DNA from: Ophelia neglecta
Lineage: Eukaryota
DNA: 64,000 nucleotides
Reading direction: 5' to 3'
Assembly (NCBI GenBank): GCA_965285935.1
Contig: OZ260665.1
Span: forward strand, 29,946,001 to 30,010,000
In this document: in pieces, positions 24,701 to 36,900 of the stretch
Position numbering within the stretch: the stretch's first letter is position 1
Layout of the letters: each line of letters begins with the position of its first letter
Position numbers and translations under genes: made by a program
The notes under the pieces: generated by a model
Told to the model about the DNA's origin: nothing
The model's database searches: none
Seen by the model: only the letters and a program-made list of their open reading frames with translations

Positions 24701-27700
24701 ACTTCCTGGGCCGTTGATGTAATAATCATGAAACAAAATGAGGCATCTTAAAGCACCCACGAGATGTTTATTCCCGTAATGTACACTCTTCTGAATTGGT
24801 AAAACACCAACGCTAGCTATATGGCATAACCCAACAGTAGTCTGTCTTAAAAAGGCATTCAAGAACATACTTCCAGCATTCTTTAGTGTTTAGTTTAGTG
24901 GCATCAATTTGGCTCGGTTATTCTTGTAGTTCGTTTCTAACTAAACCTATAGTGAAACCTATTTACTTGCTATGTGGTCTGTAGAAAGAATTCTAAGCAA
25001 TTTCATAGCTATTTCTTGTGCATAGCTTCATCTTAAATCCCTCAATTGTAAAACAATATACGATCTTAATTAACATATGCATTCCATTACTTAGACAATT
25101 AACAACGCACTTAGTTAGCAAAGCTTTGCAATGAATACAACTGCATGGACATATTCATGCTTGAAGTGAATCGGAACTAAGAGCTGGATGGTACAAAGAG
25201 TAAAGGTGGAAGTCCTTCCTCTAGAAGAGGTGATGGCGGGTAGACGCAGAAGAAGGTGTGACAGCACACCACAGAAAGCACAAATTCAGCTGTTGTGTAC
25301 AGCTTCACTAACTTACACTCATCCACAAGAGAACTATTCCCTAACTACTGACAAATTAAACAATGCCCATGTACTGTCATTTGTCTTTTATATAAACTCG
25401 GCAAATACGCGTACCGCGAATTTGAGTTCGTTGGTTCGTGAAAGAAAGTGAATACTCCGAGCATATTGGCGGAGCATCTGCGGGATCGCACTTTGAATAA
25501 CTCTTATGTCTAATGCTAACTGCATTGTAACAATCATGGTTTACAGAAATTTCAAACAGATTTAACCGGAATCGATTGAAACGACTTGTATGTACGTGTG
25601 AAACGCATTACCAGCGTAGGAACTAGGGAACACCATTTCTCTTTATCCAAAATCATACTGATCTGCAGGGAATCCAGAAAAAAAGCTGAGATGGCACATG
25701 GTTTAGATCGGGAAAATTTCAAACTCGGGCCGTAAGCGTTGACTATGACAGGGCTGCGATCTACATTTCATTTTTCCCCGGCTCAGTACCAACATAAGCC
25801 AGCTGAGTAAGCAAAATACGCCATTCCTTCTGCCGAAATTCCCCACAAACCCCAAACAACCATCTCTAGAATTACACGCTTTGGACTAGAAAAAGGTCGG
25901 CCTCGGTAAACCCAATAGGAGTTGGCTCAGTTTAGTTATTCCTTGTGTTTGGACAGGTGAGGAGAATAACCGGTCTAACATTTTACACATTCTGGGGATG
26001 TTGAGTAACTGCTGCTTGATGAGATTTCTCTTGTTAGACCATTTCTGAATCAACACTGAAATGACATTCAACAGATGGGCTTATATCCCTTCTCCATTTG
26101 CTTTCCTTTCTATATTTTACTTCTATATGTCGTGTTTGATTCAACTAGGTCCACTGTGATGGAAAGTAAATATTAATAGTCAAATCCATACCCAGGGCAA
26201 TATTCACACCATGATGGAATTCACCAACTTATTCTCAACGAATAAATCGCGCAGAATGGAAGTGGCTAAAGCCTTTCAAAAGTGGATTGAATAGCAATAT
26301 TTGAGCTGCACACTCGAGTTTACGCATTATAGCTTTCTATAAAGCTACCTTTAGATTGCAATGTAAGTCCACTTTAAAGCACACAAGAGTTTTGTAAGAG
26401 TAAGGAGAATTGGCCCAGCGTTATTTGCATAGGAGACACTTTGGTCACGATATAGCTGCCCAGCAATGAAACCCAACACAAAGTAGTGATAGACTGGTTT
26501 GCTGCAAGAAAACCACCATGGTGTCTTATGTCATCGTCTATTAAACGGTATATATGTACGGTTCCCATATTGCTATGTATATAGCAATTACCGATTGAGA
26601 CAGATTTCTAGAGTATCAGTAGCCAATTCAACAACACAAATTTAAGCCAAATTTAAACTGGAAGAAAAGTGATCAAGTAATATTACAGATAAGCTTGCTA
26701 TTTCCTAGCTCTTTCTACGTAGCACTGCAACCCTGCCTCTTAATTAATAACACCTTCCCTATATAATATATAACCGCCATGGCCACTAATTAACTGGGTG
26801 ATCATTTCTACATGTCTCGTTCTTAGTTCTTATCAACGCATAACCAGAAAACTTATCTAAAATAGAGGGGGCAGCAACACTTTGTCTCCTCTTGTATTTC
26901 ATGCTTGCAATTTTACTATTTCTACTGCCCAGTCCTTCGTCAGATTTAAATGATGCCGGCCTCTTTTGACCCTTTGGTGTGGATGACATCTCTATGATAC
27001 CGAGAACGGCTTGGCCGGTTGTCTGCCCTTGTCACCTCGGGGAGAGGACGTGCCCTACACCTGATGGATAGCACGGTCTTATCTGACCGGCTAGCTGTGA
27101 GAAAGACTGTGAATCGTAGAACACTTAACCAATTCAAGGAACTTAAGCAATCAGTGTATCATGGTTTGAGCTTCAAACATATTTTGTACCAAGTGGCAAA
27201 TTTTATTACCCCAACCTCAAAAACGTTCTTAAAAAAAACGATTCCTATGCCTGAATTATAAATATACATGAAATACAAAGAAGACTTGTCAATTTTACGG
27301 ACAGATAGTTTTATACACAAGACCCTTCAAATACAAGATAGCACAAGTACACTTAACCTACGGAAATTTGCTGATAATCCATTGGCGAAGGGGGACAATA
27401 CTCTCTAAACCACCAGCAACAGAATATTTTAGCGAGATTATAGCGTTGAAGAAGTTTGAAGCTTTGTGAAGGATTCAGCCAAGACAGGCATTGCGCTAAC
27501 TTAAAGCTACAGTTCCTGCTTTGTCCTGTTTCCCATTCCACTCGTTCTTTCAACCAGTTTGACCATTTAGAGAGGATTTAAAACTAACAGCAAACAACCA
27601 AAAAGGAATGGTCGACAGCGAAGTGGACACTGAAAAGTAATAGAAAGCTTCTTCCAAAGGCAAAGAAATTGAATCTCTAATAATGGAAGGCAGAGCTGGA

Positions 27701-30700
27701 AGGTAAACAGGCCGGACAACCAGCCAAATTTACCGATGCTAAATCCCAACCAAACGAATTTAAACATGCCTTTGTCAAATTTAACGGACTTGAAAGTCTT
27801 CCTGGTACTGACACGACTCGAATACAATTTTACGCACAAAGCTAATTCCTACATCATATAGTGGAAGAAAGTTTGTATTCATGATGTGTCTCCTGTGAAG
27901 TCACAAGGTGTCAGGGGAGATTATATGACTTTTAAAGGCAATCCCATGACAAACACATAGTACTGTCATACGACGAATAGTTGTTTCGGCAAGACATTCA
28001 GCAGAATAGCGCGTACGTGTTAAGTTTATCTTCGTGCTGAGGAGGAAAGTTTGAAACCGGTAGCCTTACAAAACTAGAACAATTTATAAATGTTGTTCAG
28101 GCACGGAAAACAGCCGAGACAAGTCAGGTGTAACTTATTACTGTATCTCAGCGTGAACTGATTTGAAATCCCTTAGACACCTGATAGGCCAATCTATGCA
28201 AGGTAATTATTGTCCGCAAGTTGTGGCAATGGGCGTTCAGAAGTCGAAAAATGTCCTTGCGGCATTTTAACGACCTCGGGCACAAAATGTAACATGATTT
28301 CTATATTGTGATTAGGACTTGGATTTTACCCCAGAGCGAAGGTGATTGAACCCTTTTAAAACCCCTGAAATATACCGAACTTTCGGTAGCCCAAGTGGAA
28401 CAACTTTACAACGCAAGAACACTATTGTAGTTAAGCCTACTATAAAATCTTAGAATTTGTACCTGTCTGGAAAAGCAAACTGGTAAAGCAATTGGGCTGA
28501 ACGCTGTAACATTTGAAAAGTTGAAAATTGATGATCCCAAGCTAGCTGTCTATATGTAGCGGAACACCAGTGTAACATGAGATACCCATCGACGGGAACA
28601 AGTTTCCATTCGAACTCGACGAATAATACCCACCTATCATTATCTCCAGGACTCTGAGATTCCATGTTATTCTTCTCTTCGTATGTTCACAAATACAAGC
28701 ACTGTACTCTAAGTTTTATGCTTAGTAAGTTACATGCTTGTGAGATTATCACGAGCCGTCCATTAATCCGTTAACACTGAAGTGACTCCGCAAGTGCTAA
28801 ACGCAAGGTGAGCTAAGTTGTCAGATCAGTCAAGGTGTGAACAAGGAGGATCAAAGAAATCCGATCATTTCTTGAAGTCACGGCAGCGGAACCAGCGCGG
28901 GTTCCACCGGCAAGGCTTGGCACAAAGCATTGCGATATCACTATCACAAATTACCTGGCTACAAATTGCTCGATAAAGAAGCGGTTGTGATCCGAGTCAG
29001 ATTTGGTGCGGCGCCCCGAGGCCTGCCGTGAAGGGGTGTTGGCCGTATTGTGGAACCAACAGACCCCGATCACGGCTTTTGTACCCGACACTGGCGAGGT
29101 TATTCAACACGCTTAAGGTGCACAAACAAGCAATTCATGTATCAGTCACGCAGTAACCAAGCGCCCACCACCGACCCGACAAAAATGAACACATGCGGCT
29201 GCATTTCATTCCCAGTTAAGTCAGGTCCCAAAGCTCATACAGGTGTAAATCATTTCATTTCCAATTCAAACCACTCGGCCAACTGCCAATAAGAGCCTTT
29301 CTGTGACTTCTAAATGGTATTAGATCTTGGCCAATTCAATGGACGCTTTGATTAAATGCAAGCCAGGCGTGTGTACCAATAAGGGAAACGATCAAATGTG
29401 GAATGAAACATGACATATTGAAAAGCACTTAGCATTGATCAAACCCACATTGAATACAATTAATGATAAGCAATACATAAGAAGCAATACAGAATGTCTG
29501 TATTTGACTAGACCTAAGACATGTGCACGAGCAATTGCCTTGCATTGCTTTTGCAGACAAGCTTTGTTTTTATTTAATACATCGCATTATTATATCAGCG
29601 GACTGTTTAGAATTGTACTAAATCATCACTAAATGTATGGTCGGTATAATGAAGCACTTATTGGTGCGAGCAGATTTTGTTTGAAAGCCTGGGCTCGATG
29701 GCACATTGTGAGAGGGACAAAGATTGGACTGCGGGAGGTGGGCAGCGATTCTTTACAGGTGTCTGTGCCCATCAGAGCGGTGTCAGCCACACAAACAGTC
29801 CTTCTCACAGCCCCTCGCCAGGGTCCGTAGTACCACCGATTGAACTGCAACAATCAATCACTACAGCTGGCAGCGACAGAAATTACCAATTAAGGGTGTG
29901 ATCTGGGCACAACCATGACTGATCAAAGGGAAATGCTGCTGAACTATAATGCTGCATGTGTCCGTAACATAACTCATCAGGCGGATACCACTTTCTCTCG
30001 TGGCCTGTCAGTCAATGGGTCTCTTTCTTTAGCCACTGAGTAACACCTCTCTGACAAGATCAATCAAATTAATCAATAGAAAGAAACTAAATAAAACTTC
30101 GCATTAAAAAATACTTGGGCAGTCAACTCAAGACTGTTCAAGATATCTCCCAGATGTGTCTTTGGAAAGACAGTGAAAGAGGAGAGGATCTTGCCAATGG
30201 ATTTAAAATTAAATTAGTCATTCAAGCCTTTTGGTTGGATGAATTTTATTCAAGAATCCAGTCTAATCATGGGAATTGCAACACAAAACAATCCCTCGAC
30301 TTTATTTGTGTTCGGGCTAAGTGCCAGTACGAGTTTGATTAAAACTTGCCTAAGAAATCGGGCTTTTCACACATAAAGGTGACAAGATGAATTCGGGAAT
30401 TGGTTTTGTGCAAAGTTGTTCAAGTACTTTAGGTTATTGGCAGGAGAATGTTAAAGTTTGGTACTCAAGGCGGACCAGACAATGCCTGCAGCACTCGAGT
30501 ACCAAGTGGGGTGCAACCAAGTCCCTATCTTTGGCTGTGCTCTGTCCCGCTTCCTTTATCCAGAACCACACAACGGATCCAGCAAGGGCTACTTAATACA
30601 GACATTGGAATTCAACTCATTTCAGATATGGTCGAATTGTATCTCTGGCGACCCTTGCCTTTTTCAATTGAGGAAATCTCAAGAAGGCGTCCAGCCAGGC

Positions 30701-31130
30701 TATAAATTGGTTTCCATTCAGACGGGAATGGTACTGGTTTAATTATCAAACTCATTCCCATGGTTCTCCTGGGTAAGAAAGCGCTTATGAAAAAGGGCTT
30801 TGTAAAAATGTTGAAGCACCAAAATCTGCTCAAAAAATGGGTGACCTATATGTTTTATAAATAAAATAACTAAACAGAGAAATTATTCAGGGGTTTAAAA
30901 TACACACCCTGGTTTAAACAACAACTAACATTATTTGAGAAAAACAAGCAGAGAAAGGGGTTTGAGTTATGTATATTCTTGCTCAATTTTGTTTCTGACT
31001 CAGCGTTATGAATTCATTACAAATTCAAATTGGTGTATTCTTCTTTACAAAAATAAAAACTAGTACATTTTCACATATTTACCCTGTATCTCATAAACAT
31101 ACATATACAATACATAATACTTAATATCCA

Positions 31131-31790
31131 TGGATCTGATAGCCGTATACTAGAACACATCTTCCTTGCGCTCCTTATATGTACATTGTGAGGGAAGTCT
31201 ACAAATGAGAACCCGCCTTAGGTAATGACAAGTATTGCCCTTTCTTTGGTCTTCATCACCACTTTTACAACATGTCCTATGCAACTTCAAACTGTTAGAA
31301 CTAAACATAGACAATGACTCCGGGGAAAAAAAACAGATTGTGTTGTGGGGTAGGAGTTGTGTATGTTCTTGCCTTCAGTTTATGTGATTTAGCTTCATAT
31401 GTTCATCTCTTATTCAAGGCGATGTATTTTTCGTTCCAATAAACTGGTACATTAACACATTAATTCTATTAGATGTGAACTCAAGACCCACCTGTTCCAC
31501 AAGGCATTCCATCGAGCTTGACTTTCAAAGCAACCAATGATAACATTTAGTTCATTTTGGCGCTATATAAATCTATAAATTGTATTGTATTGTATGAAAG
31601 ATCTATCAGTCTGATATTAGCAGACTAGAATATGTCTTCCTTGTACTCCCTGCAGTCTGTTAATATACACACTGTAGAGAGTCAGTCTATAAATATACAT
31701 TAGGAGGGAAAGTCAAAGAAGGAGACCCCACCTAAGTGAGTGACAATCCTTTGGTCTTCATCACCACTTTTACAGCATGTGTTATGAATA
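31131..31790 (+). repeat. Diverged direct duplication of about 160-190 bp (copies about 31131-31285 and 31600-31790)
   Basis: The copies share the exact 26-mer CTTTGGTCTTCATCACCACTTTTACA (31244-31269 and 31750-31775) and the upstream blocks ACTAGAA...TCTTCCTTG..CTCC. Confidence 0.75.
31471..31595 (+). mobile_element. 3'-terminal fragment of an L2-group LINE
   Basis: Encodes RCELKTHLFHKAFHRA*, matching the LKTHLF ORF2 terminus typical of L2-type elements. A short 3' UTR ends GGCGCTATATAAAT with a (TTGTA)n tail. Confidence 0.7.
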
Positions 31791-33918
31791 TTTAAAATAT
31801 GATCCTTTTTTAAAAAGAAGAGTAGGCACACTCTCTTTTAAACCGGCTAACTGCCAAGTTTAGATGTGAAGACAGGGATTCGCCTATTATACTGACATAA
31901 GCTTGTTTACATGATATCGTACAGTTAGTGAGGGATGTGCTATCTTAGCTGTCATGAAAATCAGATAACCATTACAACTCACAAAGGTAGAATGAATGAG
32001 ACGAGAGAATAATATGAAAACAAACAACTTTATATTAATAGCAATTACAAATCTAAAATTGCCTTTAATATATTTGTTTATAGAGAGCACTTTCAAATAA
32101 TGTGTGCAAGTTCATTCACCCTTCAATTAGTTGACTTGTCCCTCACTGCTCAGGATTTGTACATCGGTAGCAATGAATGAGTTTAAGCTTGGCTAGATAC
32201 ACAATGACTTCGATCGTTCATCCATCCTTTTTCAAGTCCTCCGAGCACCATGAGCGTTTATGTACACCTTTTTACTGTCTTTTTGTCATCTTGTAAAGTG
32301 AAAGTGATGGTGAATTTCGAAAGCTGAATTTGCTCCTAAACAATGTACAGTATCAACCATTTTAAAAGCACCCCCTTACCATAACCAATTCATCCCAATG
32401 TTGTACTGGGTAAAAATGGGTTTGGGTATGGTTAACATTATCTTCATCTTGGCCAATACAGAGAGACCAATGAAGCTTGTGCCAAAGCTTTTGGTTTGCT
32501 GCTTGTGCAAAGCCTTTTCTTCTAGTCTTATTTAATACACATTAACTACAAGCATGCAAGCATAGGTTATAAACAGAGCCAGTAATCAGCCAGATCTTGA
32601 CCGATTCTGCAGACCAGTTTGAGCAGCTTGAGTGTAAAATGAACAAGCTTTTTTGATACACACCTACTGAATAGCCGTCATAGCGCAATGCTATGGGTAT
32701 GGCCACAAGGCAGAAGCTTGCTATTGGCTGTTAAATGTATATATGCTTAAACACTCAACAGCGTAAGGACAATAGGTATAGACCTTGTCAAACACTACGA
32801 TCAGTTAGGGGTTCTGTTGCCACTGCTCTGCCGCAGCTCTGACGCGCATCATGGAAAAACGATTACAAATTTATTTACTGTTTGAGAGCTGGGGACTGGT
32901 GTATTAATATGTGTTGGCCTATGACTACTGGTTCCTTTCGCTTCCAGACCGATTGACTATTCTAGATCAATGATTTTGCTATGTCTGCTGGGTATCCACT
33001 CCAATTTTTCTTCAATAACAAACTGCAATGGACCATACCACTGGCAGGATCCTGCTTAGGTTTGACTTTAGTCATCTTACGAGTGTGTGTGTCTGTAATA
33101 AACCCACCTGCAGCATTGCTGTGCATCAAGTTATGCAGCTATGCTTTCAATTGTAACAAGTTGGATTGTGAGTTAACAGAACTGTGTTCACTTAGGCCAT
33201 CAAATAAGGCGATTTTGTCGCAGAAGACAGCCAAATCTGGAACAAAGCTACTAGCCTCCTTGGACATGTTTAATCTATGGCCTACGTTGACCACTAATTC
33301 TTAAGTTTTGAGCTTTGATTCGCATCAATGAAAACTGTTGACTACTTTTCACTGTAAATGATATCAATTTCGTTTTCATTGTTTTATTTGCATTACAAGT
33401 TTATTTACTGTTTCAGACCTGTGGATTGATGTATATATCTAGCGGTTAGTGATAATTTCAAACTGATTTAAGAGACTTTTACTGATTAATGAATTTGCTT
33501 TGTTTGCCTGGTAGCCACTACCTTTTATCTGTCTTCAGTACCGAGCATGTGTTAACCCACAAGCAGCACTGGAGCACATTAATTCAGGATGGCTTCTCAT
33601 GTGTATAGAGATGCAAACACTCTCCGAGCCAGTGGTGGGTTTATACAAGACTCAGTATAGAAGGCAGAATTGGTACCAAGCCCTAATTTGGTGTTTACAC
33701 ATGGATTCATAAGATGCGTGCCTTATCAACCTGCTGGGCATTTTCACTACATAAGTCAACCAGGATAAAGTAAATGGCTATCCTGGGACCATCCAGGCCC
33801 CAGTCCACTATGACACCATTTCAGCTGGTGTGAACCCAAAACACTGTTTGGTTACTCAAAATCTGGACAAGCTGGGAAAAGGAGTGCACCAAACCAAACT
33901 GGCAGAAATACATCTTGG

Positions 33919-33948
33919 AGGGGGTGGGTGGGGGTGGGGGGTGGAGGG
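33919..33948 (+). repeat. G-rich tract with four or more G-runs (potential G-quadruplex)
   Basis: GGGGGTGGGTGGGGGTGGGGGGTGGAGGG. Confidence 0.7.
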
Positions 33949-36900
33949 CCACAAAAGTTAGATGTAGTGCCATAGAGGATCTGAATTCAACCCACTCATG
34001 TAAATAGTACCCACATACAAGTAACCATCCCTGTCATGTGGCTAAGTAATATACAACATGTCTATAACCACTAAATTTAAAAGGACAGTGGACTAGCCTC
34101 AGGGCAATAAATAAAAACATTTCTATCTATTCATACATGTATACATTATAAGGAAATGCCCATCCATGTAGCTTTAACAAAAATGCACCCAAGTAATTCT
34201 TGCTTCTGAAAAACTAATCCATGCAAACTGGTGAGTCTTACCCTATATATATCTGGAAAAAAAACCTATGTGGGCAGCATATCCAATATCCCAAAACAAT
34301 TAACCTAACCCCTGGCCTGCCCTCTGAGGTTAACATACCAGCCAGTTTAGCTTTTGGGGGAAATCAAACAACCCATGCTTCAAGGTTGCTGGGAGGTTGC
34401 TGGTGGCATTACATGCAGATTTATATGAAGACCTGCTTCAGGTTTGTTCTAGATATGTGATCAAATCTCTGCAAACTTGGTCCACTGTAAAAGGTCACCA
34501 ATGGAATGATTACTTCTCCCATAACACAGTAATGCTGGCACCTCTATCCATCATGGCCATGTCTCCACAGAGTCATTACGGGTAGATTACATTACTCATG
34601 TACTGGTAACGTAATTATTTGTGTCACCTGAAGCCCCAAGGAAACAAACTACCTTGATCAAATCTGGCATCCCCAACATAGCTCTTTGAGCTGTTGAGGA
34701 GGGAGTCTCCAGTGATATGTCATAACCATGTGTCTTCATAACTATATCTCCAATATCCAGTAGTTGTCTCTTGTTTTTCTTGATGGATCTTTCCTATATT
34801 GTTTTATTTAAAACAGACAGTGGCAGCAGTAATCCATATTTTGTGTCTACAGTGAAAGCCGAAGCTGTCTCCAAAGCAGCATTGGTAGCAAAATAATCTC
34901 ATCAGTTATTTTTTTACTAAACCTTATCCAATTCTTCCCAATTCTGAACTGTGATATAAATTTGGTTCAGGTAGAGTTAACATTATGTTCATATTAACTT
35001 ATACTAAGAGGCCAATGCTGTTTTCACCGCAGCTTTTGCTTTCATGTTTTTCACAAAGCCATGATCTATAAAGGTCGCCAGGCTGTGTATTTGAGTGGGT
35101 TTTCAACCTGTTATAGCTCAGGGGTACCCATACTTCTATGTGGTGGGCTACTGGACTTGCTCTGGTAGGATGATAATTTGGCATCTGAAACATTACAAAT
35201 GAAATGGAGAAATCACAATACATATTTTAAACCAGCCCTTCTCAAACATTTTTCCTGGTAGACACTTTGTTCCACTAAGAACACTGGGTTTTCAAACAAC
35301 TCATTCAAGAGCACAGATTCCAATGGTGTCTCCTATCAAAGGAAAATTTTTAATTTACCATATATTATATTAATGAAGTTCAATTGGAACAGGGACAGTT
35401 GTGACCCTACAGGTATAATTTTATATGAGCATTCTGTTTGCCTCATACTATTACATGTTATTCTTGTTTCTTGCACAGATTCATATAAGCATTTCCACTG
35501 GGAAAGTCAAGTTATTTTTCCCAAACATCAATTAGTGTATATATGTATGAACGACTGTCTAGGCAATTCATTATTGATGGCACACTAATTTGTCAGAACC
35601 TGTGCCTGGCATCCCAAACATCACAGGGCAGTGCTTTACATAGGTTTTCCGTCTGAATCCCAACTGTCTGACATCCATCATTCACTGTAGTCACCCACTC
35701 AGCATTTTCACGTACTAATGAGAAAAGCAAGATTTGTAGTTCAGCTGCTGCCTTCTACAACCTGGCATTTTAGCATTAACTCTGCCACCATCCCAATGAT
35801 AATCTTCATGCTAAGGTTGATTGCTAAGGTTATTTTAATAGAATGTTCATTGAAATAAGACACTAGTTTTTTAGTACTGTGCATTGAAAGATAGCTCAAG
35901 GGGTTAGATTTTTCTCTGGATTTGTGTCTAGTAAGGTTTTTGGCACAGAAATTAATGTCCTTGGCTCTTCTTAGCAGGGGGAGTTTGGTTCAAAGACTGA
36001 CAAGATATAGCTTTGATGATATCTGAGAAATAACATTGAGTAGGATGATCAGAGTTTAGCAACATGTACACAAGTAGGTATATTTCAAATTGATTAGCAC
36101 TTTCTGGCTGTTTCCCCATCTGTTGGGTAGACATGCCTATTTTACAAATCACTGGAGGGAAAGATGAGTTTGGTTACATGGCTGAACAGCTTGAACAGAC
36201 TGGCTATAGAAATCTGGCTTGGAGCTCCTGGTTGTTGTTAACTGTGGTCTTCTAATATGCTCAAGAAATGATTTACACACAGATAAATATGGAGGATTTT
36301 GGTCAAGAGGGTTTTACCAACAAGCAGAGTTAGCAGATACATGCAGAGGTCTTAGTTAAGCAGTAGTAAGCTTATCACCTACTTTCGCTGACCAAATAAG
36401 CAGCCACATGCTGATATGGCCATTTGGGTGCTGTCAAAATGCTGATATGTATTTACCATTTTATATTTTGTTTATCACGTTTAACTGGATACTGGTTGCC
36501 TGTGTTAGGATTATATAGGGCTGCTACTCCAGGTAAGAAGTTACAGGTAGTTACTAATAAAACTGGTGCAATAGTTGAAGAAAAAAAGGGGGGAAATGAT
36601 TCTGGAAACAACTGGCAGCCATCTTAAATACAAAGAACATAGCAGAAAAACAAAGTATTTTTACCGCTAATTTTTTTTATTTTACCTCGCAGAAGAGTCA
36701 AAGACTAAACTGAAGGCATTGCTGGAACAGCAGTGTGTGGTGACTTGTATGCTGGCAATACAGTTAGAAAGCCTATACCTGTTGAAGCAAAGAAGCATTC
36801 CGTTATTAGAAATAAAACTGAGGCAACAGTTATAAAAGATGGGGTTAAAAAAACATTGGTGAGAAATAGCATAAAAAAATATTCATGGCAAAAACACTGG

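Noticed and set aside
26905-26945. Minus-strand CTGACGA...GAAA as a hammerhead ribozyme core (other CTGATGA sites also checked)
   Set aside because: Stem II, stem III and the cleavage triplet cannot be formed properly.
30545-30590. Minus-strand LLDPLCGSG, resembling a SAM-dependent methyltransferase motif I
   Set aside because: Flanked by stops on both sides with no other methyltransferase motifs; most likely chance.
34250-35210. Protein-like minus-strand frames after an acceptor at about 35185
   Set aside because: Stop density is not clearly below random expectation and there is no identifiable homology.
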